Of a stretch of DNA of 64,000 bases, positions 53,268 through 64,000 are shown piece after piece. The translations under genes were made by a program, and so were the position numbers. How positions within the stretch are numbered: position 1 is the stretch's first letter; each line of letters starts with the position of its first letter. The notes beneath the pieces are model-generated. The model was not told the DNA's origin. It saw only the letters and a list, made by a program, of their open reading frames with translations, and ran no database searches. This stretch comes from Laetmonice hystrix (Eukaryota), in assembly GCA_965235115.1 (NCBI GenBank), contig OZ249436.1, positions 4,032,001 through 4,096,000 of the forward strand, given 5' to 3'.

Positions 53268-54177
53268 CCCACTCAACCACATTGTTTTAATAAGATAAAA
53301 ACATTTTACAGGCGACAACCAAAGCCTTGGAGGTGTAGATCCTGTCTGGAGCATTAAAAATGGGGTGGCGATCCAGTTATTTCGTGCAAGTTGATTTTAT
53401 TAAAATATATTAATAAAAATGATAAAATCAGGGCAACATGGACAATGAGGCACGTGACACCGACGTTCTGTATACGACAGTCGTCACCAAGCGTCAAGAT
53501 CCACATAGTTGCAGTCATTTATATACAAATTATGGTCTCACCTCCAAAACCAATTGCCTACATGGCTGTATTTTAGTGGGTTCTTTATCACCAAGCAATA
53601 TAAGTGAACACCGACTTAAACATCAGAAGGTTTCCCAGGTAGAACATATCTCACATTAATCAAGACACCATTTCTAACGTCCTGTCTGTCCAAATTAAGT
53701 CAAGGTGCTACAACCAAGCATGTCTGGCGGGGTCATACTGTCTACAGGTAAAAGTGTTGACTGTAACTGAATGACTGACGTACTGAGTCACTGGCGTGAG
53801 GTGTGACAAACAAACCTGGACAATGAAAACCACTACTTGGTATTTATAGCACAAGAATTTATTAGAGGAGTGCGTATACTGGCATATCTTTCACCTACTC
53901 TATGTACCACCAAAATCTTGCTTACGTTTGAAATACAGTAATTGAATAAATTATGCCTGATGGTTAATTATTAATCATTTGATTATTGTTTGGTCATGAA
54001 GGAGTAAAAGTTTTAATAGCAACTGATGCAATGTCTGCCCCTGACTTCATGGATCTGCAGCTATATCCGTAAACCATCTCATTTCTGCCATGCTGTCTTT
54101 TTTTTTCTTAGTCAAAGAAAAAGAAATCAATTCCACTCAAGTAATCCTTTGAGACTATGAGATTACGCGTATCGGCA

Positions 54178-54586
54178 AGTAAAGCGATAAAGATTTTCTT
54201 CTTTTTCCTCTTTCGCCCAATTGGCACAAAATTTTATTGTATGAACTAAGCATCAACACAATCTAATAGGCCAGTTCCCTGTGAAAAGGTCTTTCAGGCG
54301 TTAGACTGGGTGAAAAAGTGGATTTTGGTGGAAATGAGGGGTTTTAGGGGGAATTTGGGGCGTGACAAAAGTCGGCAGAGTGGTGTGACAAAAGTATTGG
54401 CCTTGACAAGTTTGACAAAACTGCTCAAAAATACATATGACTAAAGTGGTGTCCTCGAGAACGTCAAAAGTGGGCATTTTGTGTGACAAAAAGTGGTAAA
54501 AATGACAAAAGTGGTTGCTACAACATCCATTAGTGCAGGGCCTAATATAGCGGTTCCATTCTCAGGAAAATCTTTATCGCTTTACA
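54178..54586. mobile_element. Inverted-repeat element with internal GTGACAAAAGT modules
   Basis: GTAAAGCGATAAAGATTTTC / GAAAATCTTTATCGCTTTAC inverted pair. Confidence 0.55.
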
Positions 54587-55114
54587 AATTGTATGCATTT
54601 ATTCTAGAGTCAGAAGTCTAGAGTAGACCTACTACGTCTCAGGATTAATGTCCATGTCTTTCTGGGAGCTGAGCCCTTCGCAGGTAGGCTACCATCGATC
54701 CCGGCCTTCATTGGATCTAATTTCTGAAAACGTTTCTCGGTTCCCTGTGCCGCCGATAGGAGGCGACTGGTCTGTGTGATGATTTGACGGGTCTCTGTGG
54801 TCTGACACGCTGTGAATGGGTCACGTGGGGTTACCCTCGCCCGTCTCAGAACAAGAAAATCAACCATGTGGTTAGCAAGATGACCACCAGATGGCGCGCA
54901 GGACTTGGCGAACCTTTAAAGAGAACAGACGCCTCGATATAGACCTCCCATTGGATAGATCATAACGAACAATCGTTTTAAACTAACCAATGAGGGAGCC
55001 ACATAATAAACGTTTTGTATCATTCCATCGCCTGCCAATTCCTTTCGTTTTCAAATACAAAACATGCAAAACATCTAAATATGTAAACTGTTCATACTCA
55101 TTCACCCCCTGGTG

Positions 55115-58100
55115 TATGCATCCACCCATTCATCCACCCATCCACCAACCCAGCAATCCACCCACCCACCAACCCAGCAGTCCACCCACCCACCAACCGA
55201 GCAGTCCACCCATCCACCCACCAACCCAGCAGTCCACCCACCCATCCACCAACCCAGCAGTCCACCCACCCACCCACCAACCCAGCAGTCCACCCATCCA
55301 CCCACCAACCCAGCAGTCCACCCACCCACCCACCAACCGAGCAGTCCACCCACCCACCCACCAACCCAGCAGTCCACCCACCCACCCACCAACCCACCAA
55401 TCCACCCACCCATCCACCAACCCAGCAGTCCACCCACCAACCCAGCAGTCCACCCACCCACCAACCCAGCAGTCCACCCACCCACCAACCCAGCAGTCCA
55501 CCCACCCACCCACCAACCCAGCAGTCCACCCACCCACCCACCAACCCAGCAGTCCACCCACCCACCCACCAACCCAGCAGTCCACTCACCCACCCACCAA
55601 CCCAGCAGTCCACCCACCCACCCACCAACCCAGCAGTCCACCCACCCACCCACCAACCCAGCAGTCCACCCACCCACCCACCAGTCCACCCACCCACCCA
55701 CCCACCCACCAGTCCACCCACCAACCCACCAACCCAGCAGTCCACCCACCCACCCACCAACCCAGCAGTCCACCCACCCATCCACCAACCCAGCAGTCCA
55801 CCCACCCACCCACCAACCCAGCAGTCCACCCACCCACCCACCAACCCAGCAGTCCACCCATCCACCAATCCAGCAATCCACCCATCCACCCACCAACCCA
55901 GCAGTCCATCCACCCATCCACCAACCCAGCAGTCCACCCACCAACCCAGCAGTCCACCCACCCACCAACCCAGCAGTCCACCCATCCACCCACCAACCCA
56001 GCAGTCCATCCACCCATCCACCAACCCAGCAATCCACCCACCCACCCACCAACCCAGCAGTCCACCCATCCACCAACCCAGCAATCCACCCATCCACCCA
56101 CCAACCCAGCAGTCCATCCACCCATCCACCAACCCAGCAATCCACCCACCCACCCACCAACCCAGCAGTCCACCCACCCACCAACCCAGCAGTCCACCCA
56201 TCCACCAACCCAGCAATCCACCCATCCACCCACCAACCCAGCAGTCCATCCACCCATCCACCAACCCAGCAATCCACCCACCCACCCACCAACCCAGCAG
56301 TCCACCCACCCACCCACCAACCCAGCAATCCACCCACCCACCCACCAACCCAGCAGTCCACTCACCCACCCACCAACCCAGCAGTCCACCCACCCACCCA
56401 CCAACCCAGCAATCCACCCACCCACCCACCAACCCAGCAGTCCACCCACCCACCCACCAACCCAGCAGTCCACCCACCCATCCACCAACCCAGCAGTCCA
56501 CCCATCCACCAACCCAGCAATCCACCCACCCACCAACCCAGCAATCCATCCACCCACCCACCAACCCAGCAGTCCACCCACCCACCAACCCAGCAATCCA
56601 TCCACCCACCCACCAACCCAGCAATCCACCCACCCACCAACCCAGCAATCCATCCACCCACCCACCAACCCAGCAATCCACCCATCCACCAACCCAGCAA
56701 TCCACCCACCCACCAACCTAGCAGTCCACCCACCAACCAACCCAGCAATCCACCCACCCATCCACCAACCCAGCAATCCACCCACCCATCCACCAACCCA
56801 GCAGTCCACTCACCCACCAACCCAGCAATCCACCCACCCACCCACCAACCCAGCAATCCACCCACCCACCCACCAACCCAGCAGTCCACCCACCAACCCA
56901 GCAGTCCACCCACCAACCCAGCAGTCCACCCACCCATCCACCAACCCAGCAATCCACCCACCCACCCACCAACCCAGCAGTCCACCCACCCACCAACCCA
57001 GCAGTCCACCCACCCACCCACCAACCCAGCAGTCCACCCACCCACCCACCAACCCAGCAGTCCACTCACCCACCCACCAACCCAGCAGTCCACTCACCCA
57101 CCCACCAACCCAGCAGTCCACTCACCCACCCACCAACCCAGCAGTCCACCCACCCACCCACCAACCCAGCAGTTCACCCACCCACCCACCAACCCAGCAG
57201 TCCACCCACCCACCCACCAACCCAGCAGTCCACCCACCCACCCACCAACCCAGCAATCCACCCACCCACCAACCCAGCAGTCCACCCACCCACCCACCAA
57301 CCCAGCAGTCCACCCACCCACCCAACAGTCCACCCACCCACCCATCAACCCAGCAGTCCACCCACCCACCCACCAACCCAGCAGTCCACCCACCCACCAA
57401 CCCAGCAGTCCACCCACCCACCCACCAACCCAGCAGTCCACCCACCCATCCACCAACCCAGCAGTCCACCCACCCACCAACCCAGCAGTCCACCCACCCA
57501 CCAACCCAGCAATCCACCCACCCACCCACCAACCCAGCAGTCCACCCATCCACCAACCCAGCAGTCCACTCACCCATCCACCAACCCAGCAATCCACCCA
57601 CCCACCCACCAACCCAGCAATCCACCCACCCACCAACCCAGCAATCCACCCACCAACCCACCAACCCAGCAGTCCACCCATCCACCAACCCAGCAGTCCA
57701 CCCACCCATCCACCAACCCAGCAGTCCACCCACCCACCAACCCAGCAGTCCACCCACCCACCAACCCAGCAGTCCACCCACCCACCAACCCAGCAGTCCA
57801 CCCACCCACCAACCCAGCAGTCCACCCATCCACCAACCCAGCAGTCCACCCATCCACCAACCCAGCAGTCCACCCACCCACCCACCAACCCAGCAGTCCA
57901 CCCACCCACCAACCCAGCAGTCCACCCACCCACCAACCCAGCAGTCCACCCACCCACCAACCCAGCAATCCACCCACCCACCAACCCAGCAATCCACCCA
58001 CCCACCCACCAACCCAGCAATCCACCCACCCACCCACCAACCCAGCAGTCCACCCATCCACCAACCCAGCAGTCCACTCACCCATCCACCAACCCAGCAA

Positions 58101-58806
58101 TCCACCCACCCACCCACCAACCCAGCAATCCACCCACCCACCAACCCAGCAATCCACCCACCAACCCACCAACCCAGCAGTCCACCCACCCACCCACCAA
58201 CCCAGCAGTCCACCCACCCACCAACCCAGCAGTCCACCCACCCACCAACCCAGCAGTCCACCCACCCACCAACCCAGCAGTCCACTCACCCATCCACCAA
58301 CCCAGCAATCCACCCACCCACCCACCAACCCAGCAGTCCACCCACCCACCAACCCAGCAGTCCACCCACCCACCAACCCAGCAGTCCACCCACCCACCAA
58401 CCCAGCAGTCCACCCACCCACCAACCCAGCAGTCCACCCACCCACCAACCCAGCAGTCCACCCACCAACCAACCCAGCAATCCATCCACCCACCCACCAA
58501 CCCAGCAGTCCACCCACCCACCAACCCAGCAGTCCACCCACCCACCAACCCAGCAGTCCACCCACCCACCCACCAACCCAGCAGTCCACTCACCCACCAA
58601 CCCAGCAGTCCACCCACCCACCAACCCAGCAGTCCACCCACCCACCAACCCAGCAGTCCACTCACCCACCAACCCAGCAGTCCACCCACCCACCAACCCG
58701 GCAGTCCACCAACCCAGCAGTCCACCCACCAACCCAACAGACCACCCACCCACCCACCCACCCACCCACCCACCCACCCACCCACCAACCCAGCAGTCCA
58801 CCCACC
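55115..58806. repeat. ~3.7-kb CCAC-based minisatellite (20-28-bp units)
   Basis: Unit (CCAC)n-CAACCCAGCARTCCA. Confidence 0.98.
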
Positions 58807-58828
58807 CTGTCGGAAGTGTAGAACTTAC

Positions 58829-58973
58829 CCCCGTCGCCGGCCAACTGACAGGTCCGTTCCAGGTGACCTCCCGAGTCCCGCTGTTCGGCGGACAGGTGCG
58901 GACAGAACCGGCGCCTTGCCGCGGTCTGAGCCGCATGGAATGACAGCTGTTGGATCTGCATGGGGTCCAGTTT
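58829..58973 (-). other. Candidate internal exon of an unidentified gene
   Basis: GC-rich 145 bp between GTCTTCGTCAG| and |GTAAGT; open in all three frames. No homology recognised. Confidence 0.3.
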
Positions 58974-59007
58974 CTGACGAAGACGTACACAAGAAACAGT
59001 CATGTCT

Positions 59008-59195
59008 CGGGGGCGGATCCAGGAATTTTTTTATTTGGGGGGGGGGGGCACGGGTGTATGGGTGGATAAATGGATCCATAGCTACCTGACATGGGCAAGG
59101 GTCACTCAGTATTGGGGGACCAGAACCCTGCTTTTTCAAAATTTCGGGGGGGGGGGGGGCAGGGCCCCCTGAGCCCCCCCCTAAATCCGCCACTG
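59008..59195. mobile_element. hAT-like MITE with probable 5-bp TSD
   Basis: CGGGGGCGGAT ... ATCCGCCACTG; flanks TGTCT / TGTAT. Confidence 0.65.
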
Positions 59196-59524
59196 TGTAT
59201 ATAGGACTATTCGATGTAGCCGCTTTTTGTTTTCCTCAATCGCCTAACTACATCCACCCGACCCCCCCCCCCCCCTCCGGCGGATCTAGACGGGGTTACC
59301 CTAGGGGGTACCGTCGGAATCCGAATGGTAAACACTGAGTTGCTCTTGTTGCTCTGAAACATAGAACGGGGATTGGCCCCTTTTGGGGGTCTGTAAGGGG
59401 AGGCACGTGCCCCCCCCCCCTCCGGCTCCCTGGATCCGCGCCTGCCCCCGAATAGCAGTAAACACCTGGGTATGACTCAAAATCTACTTATAGCGATTCC
59501 TAGCTACCACGATGTTATACAGAG

Positions 59525-59700
59525 CAGGGCCGTAGCCTGCCCAAAAATCCCAGGGGGGCAGTGTCCTATGAACAATAACCAGATAGGCCTAACGCGTGAT
59601 AGCGCGTCATTGCGCCGGTCGAGCTGGGAGTCTGGGTTACAAAAAATGGAAATCCCAGGGGGCAGTTGCCCCCCCCCCCCCCCGCAGGCTACGGCCACAT
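59525..59700. mobile_element. hAT-like MITE
   Basis: TIR GGCCGTAGCCTG / CAGGCTACGGCC. Confidence 0.6.
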
Positions 59701-60014
59701 GTGATAGTTCGACACCAGGGAATGTAGGGAAATGAACTTCTCTTTCAATTTCTTTTGGGTGGGAGAGTATGTACCCGACCCTGTAGCATGGCGTTGCAGC
59801 TCTGGTGGTTGCAGGTATTTCACTGCGCCCATACTTTCCTAAAATCAACTTTCACACCTGATGGCTAAATATACGTATAGATCCACATAGGCCTGCTCGA
59901 TGTTTCATGCAGGCAAAGGCTACTGACATTTCTTCACACGTCAGTGAGTCGCAAAACAACAGACCCAAACAATAGAGCGTCTAATAATAGTCTGTCCCTG
60001 CGACTGGCACTCTT

Positions 60015-60022
60015 ATTTGCAT
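60015..60022. promoter_or_regulatory. Octamer motif (possible distal sequence element) upstream of ncRNA copy B
   Basis: ATTTGCAT ~310 bp upstream of the inferred +1. No equivalent seen for copy A. Confidence 0.35.
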
Positions 60023-60260
60023 ATCAAATAGGTATCAAGACATGCTCACGTGATTAGAGAGGGCGCTCACGTCGCAATTTTGCTGGGTAGTTTTCAAAAT
60101 ACACAAATGTATCTGTTTATGTTCACTAAAACAAATTTTACAGACGTAAAATATCTATCAAAATTTGCTTTTAATCTTTACCTAAGACCTGTAGTAGTTG
60201 AATACTTCTAATTTTGCCGGAACTCTGTTTTTATCCTAGCATAACGTTGAGTGTATGTGC

Positions 60261-60304
60261 ACACCCTTTCTGTGGTCCTCGACCTGGAGGGGGATATATA
60301 AAGC
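60261..60304 (+). promoter_or_regulatory. Type-3 (U6-like) Pol III promoter of copy B: PSE-like box plus TATA
   Basis: ACACCCTTTCTGTGGTCC (60261-60278, 13/18 identical to the copy A box), 16-bp spacer, TATATAAAGC (60295-60304). Confidence 0.65.
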
Positions 60305-60327
60305 AATTACCACCACTGTAGTAATGT

Positions 60328-60643
60328 AGGGAACAGCGAGGCGCCGGTCTCCACGTTCGGTCGTAGTCTGGAAACAGACGCTGTTGAAAACCTGACAGTA
60401 CGAAGAGTTCGGCTCGGTTGGTATGTGTCCACTTGGAGAGGTGAGGGTGTAACTCGGCGATAAGTGTGACACAACTCTTCTAAAGGGATGTAGCAATACA
60501 ACCCGTACCCCGTCAATGGGCTCAATCTGCGGCAAGGTTCCAAATCAGTTGACTCTCAATGGGCTATCGTGTGTTCTCCAGACGACAGATCTTCGAACGG
60601 TATAGGACTTGGACCAAGTCTCAAGGATCAGTTCCCCTTTTTT
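60328..60643 (+). ncRNA. Putative Pol III-transcribed structured ncRNA, unknown family, copy B (~316 nt)
   Basis: Starts AGGGAAC 33 nt after the start of TATATAAAGC (60295) and ends GUUCCCC-UUUUUU (closing stem plus T6). Same core as copy A, with compensatory changes. Confidence 0.75.
60638..60643 (+). terminator. Pol III oligo-T terminator, copy B
   Basis: TTTTTT directly after GTTCCCC. Confidence 0.65.
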
Positions 60644-61002
60644 AGTACTCTGAATTTTTAGTTACTCTCAGCTCGATACAAATGATAATAAAAAGTGTCC
60701 TGAGACACTCTTGTCCCAGAACTTGATTCCTCCGTGATCATCCCAGGTGCAATCGGTCGCTGGAATAACTCGCAATACATTACACAGTATTTTGACCCAA
60801 GCTTCTGAGTCCCGATTCTCTGTGGCAGTCTAAGCATAAATCAAGTATACTATATAACTGGAAAACTATCGTGAGATATATCGTATCGTTTGTTGTATCG
60901 TGATACGTATCGTATCGTGGCACAAGTGTTTCGTTTCGAAATCTGCACGGCTAAATAATACGGACTCCCACGTCTTTCTCGACCATTACCTGAGAACTTT
61001 AA

Positions 61003-61609
61003 ACATCACATCTCATGACATTCTCAAAGTTCACATCTCATGACATTCTCAAAGTTCACATCATCTCCTGACATTCTCAAAGTTCACATCTCCTGACATT
61101 CTCAAAGTTCACATCTCATGACATTCTCAAAGTTCACATCTCATGACATTCTCAAAGTTCACATCTCCTGACATTCTCAAAGTTCACATCTCCTGACATT
61201 CTCAAAGTTCACATCTCATGACATTCTCAAAGTTCACATCTCATGACATTCTCAAAGTTCACATCTCATGACATTCTCAAAGTTCACATCTCATGACATT
61301 CTCAAAGTTCACATCTCATGACATTCTCAAAGTTCACATCTCATGACATTCTCAAAGTTCACATCTCATGACATTCTCAAAGTTCACATCTCATGACATT
61401 CTCAAAATTCACATCTCATGACATTCTCAAAGTTCACATCTCATGACATTCTCAAAGTTCACATCTCATGACATTCTCAAAGTTCACATCTCATGACATT
61501 CTCAAAGTTCACATCTCATGACATTCTCAAAGTTCACATCTCATGACATTCTCAAAGTTCACATCTCATGACATTCTCAAAGTTCACATCTCATGACATT
61601 CTCAAAGTT
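61003..61609. repeat. 25-bp minisatellite, ~24 copies
   Basis: Unit ACATCTCATGACATTCTCAAAGTTC. Confidence 0.97.
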
Positions 61610-62193
61610 TTTACCTGAAAGTCTGTGACACGTATGTGGTACACGACGACCTCATCGATGGAGTCTGTCACGTTAGCACCAGCCGCCCGGAGCTCACTCC
61701 CCTCAAATCCAGCTTGATGTATACGAAGAGAAAACCCAGGTTGTTCTAACCATTTGAGCATAATTTAATATCAAAAGTTACTCTCACCAGTTACCGGTTA
61801 TACTTAGGCCTATCCCCGCGCCGCCCGCCCTACACCCTTCTAGCTAGTTTTACAGGCCTCGCCATATTTCTTCGACGTTATAACTAGGCCTATTCGTACG
61901 TACGGGTTACTAAGTCGTACGTACGGGTTTCTAAGTCGTACGTACGGGTTACTAAGTCGTACGTACGGGTTAGACTTTTTTGTGATTTTTTTTTGCCATG
62001 GCCCTAATACAGCTTCGTACTTAAGCCCCTGTTACTTGTGTAGGCTACATGTATTTCTTTAAAATATTTCTGGGCGATCGGCCCTCATGTATACATAGGC
62101 CTACTCCTGCTTCGTAGATTTTCGATTCCAAACTTGGCAAAGTCCAGTGTCCCGATGCCGGAACGGAATCCAATAGGTCGGGGTGAGACTTAC

Positions 62194-62333
62194 CGATTAC
62201 GATTCCAAACTCGGCAAAGTCCGCCTCCGTCCGCTGAGAGACGACCCCGTAAATAGTTCTGTATCGTGCCGCCAGGTGGCGCAGCACCGAGTGCTGACAT
62301 CGGCGGAGCTGTCCGAGAATGCTGACCGCGGCC
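62194..62333 (-). other. Candidate internal exon of an unidentified gene
   Basis: GC-rich 140 bp between TCTTTTGTCAG| and |GTAAGT; open frame AAVSILGQLRRCQHSVLRHLAARYRTIYGVVSQRTEADFAEFGIVI. No homology recognised. Confidence 0.35.
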
Positions 62334-62339
62334 CTGACA

Positions 62340-62996
62340 AAAAGACCATCTCTGGTTAAATTACCCACAACTTTACCAAAGACCATTTCTGGTTAAATTA
62401 CCCACAACTTTACCAAAGACCATCTCTGGTTAAATTACCCACAACTTTACCAAAGACCATCTCTGGTTAAATTACCCACAACTTTACCAAAGACCATCTC
62501 TGGTTAAATTACCCCCAACTTTACCAAAGACCATCTCTGGTTAAATTACCCCCAACTTTACCAAAGACCATCTCTGGTTAAATTACCCACAACTTTACCA
62601 AAGACCATCTCTGGTTAAATTACCCCCAACTTTACCAAAGACCATCTCTGGTTAAATTACCCCCAACTTTTCCAAAGACCATCTCTGGTTAAATTACCCC
62701 CAACTTTACCAAAGACCATCTCTGGTTAAATTACCCCCAACTTTACCAAAGACCATCTCTGGTTAAATTACCCCCAACTTTACCAAAGACCATCTCTGGT
62801 TAAATTACCCCCAACTTTACCAAAGACCATCTCTGGTTAAATTACCCCCAACTTTACCAAAGACCATCTCTGGTTAAATTACCCCCAACTTTACCAAAGA
62901 CCATCTCTGGACCCCCAACTTTACCAAAGACCATCCCTGGTTAAATTACCCCCAACTTTACCAAAGACCATCTCTGGTTAAATTACCCCCAACTTT
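62340..62996. repeat. 37-bp minisatellite, ~18 copies
   Basis: Unit AAAGACCATCTCTGGTTAAATTACCCMCAACTTTACC. Confidence 0.97.
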
Positions 62997-63030
62997 CTCC
63001 AGGCAACGGCGGCGCAGACTTGTTATAATT

Positions 63031-63442
63031 TAGGATATCACATATCAAATAGGGGACAACGCAGGATATCACATATCAAATATGGGACAACGCAGGATAT
63101 CACATATCAAATAGGGGACAACGCAGGATATCACATATCAAATAGGGGACAACGCAGGATATCACATATCAAATAGGGGACAACGCAGGATATCACATAT
63201 CAAATAGGGGACAACGCAGGATATCACATATCAAATAGGGGACAACGCAGGCTATCACATATCAAATAGGGGACAACGCAGGATATCACATATCAAATAG
63301 GGGACAACGCAGGCTATCACATATCAAATAGGGGACAACGCAGGATATCACATATCAAATAGGGGACAACGCAGGCTATCACATATCAAATAGGGGACAA
63401 CGCAGGATATCACATATCAAATAGGAGACAACGCAGGATATC
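63031..63442. repeat. 31-bp minisatellite, ~13 copies
   Basis: Unit AGGATATCACATATCAAATAGGGGACAACGC. Confidence 0.97.
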
Positions 63443-64000
63443 TGGGGGACTGGTTCCCGCCCTAGTCTTCACTTCTGTCGACCTATGACTTAGTGATATC
63501 TTTTTGATAGATCCGATGGTATTGCGAAGCTATGCCTATGCTTGGTTGACCTGATTTCCTTTAGTTTTTTTTTCAAAGAAACTCCTCATTTTGTATGTAG
63601 GCCACGTCAATATCGAGGTGTGCCCTTACCCAATGTTTCGGTCGCTGATCCGGCTGATGTTGGACAGAGACACTCCACAAAATATGTGATTCATGGAAGC
63701 AATGTCGCTGTCCGTGGCCACTAACAGACCATTCAGGGCAAAGTAACGCCCTGCAAGGACTTCCAACTGAATGGTAAAAAAACAACAAATATCAGCAAAG
63801 AGGCCTATATATTCTAGCTGCCCAAATTAACAGTGACTAGCCTAAGACAGAACACTAAGGAAATTCTACAAATCACTTCAGTGCTTAGGTCCAAGCTGAC
63901 CAGGGCCCGTTTTTTGTTTGTTTACTGTTCCACTCTGAGCAAGGGTGAGCTGAGCCGAGCAAGGGTGAGCATGACCTCATGCTCACCGTTTTCGCCCCCC

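Noticed and set aside
54990..59089. 1317/1325-aa Pro/His/Thr/Gln ORFs and antisense Gly/Trp/Val ORFs
   Set aside because: Read-through of the CCAC minisatellite; open in several frames on both strands.
60236..60535. Shared peptide RVVLLHPFRRV in ORFs 52720..53043 and 60236..60535 suggesting a coding paralogue pair
   Set aside because: A by-product of the 33-nt identical RNA block read antisense; indels and divergence outside it do not preserve a protein.

Overview
Repeat-rich invertebrate (metazoan) genomic DNA, not prokaryotic; the species cannot be determined from this window. One clear protein-coding gene lies on the minus strand: a two-exon RASD/Rhes/Dexras1-family small GTPase (CDS 39262..38974 + 8737..8166, 286 aa, CAAX = CVLQ) split by a 30,236-bp intron. 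About a third of the window (~22 kb, summed by eye) consists of 20+ unrelated minisatellite arrays, which generate most long ORFs in the track. There are also many non-autonomous DNA transposons (hAT-like, Kolobok-like, Harbinger-like, foldback, Crypton-like hairpins) and a duplicated V-SINE-like fragment. The most notable observation is a divergently oriented pair of paralogous, structured non-coding RNA genes (53199..52824 minus, ~376 nt; 60328..60643 plus, ~316 nt). Each has a U6-type external Pol III promoter (PSE-like box, 16 bp, TATATAAAGC, then ~33 bp from TATA start to +1), a compensatorily co-varying terminal stem, a conserved multi-helix core with a possible pseudoknot, and an oligo-T terminator. 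I cannot assign them to any RNA family I recognise. All structure and family calls were made by eye and need computational confirmation.
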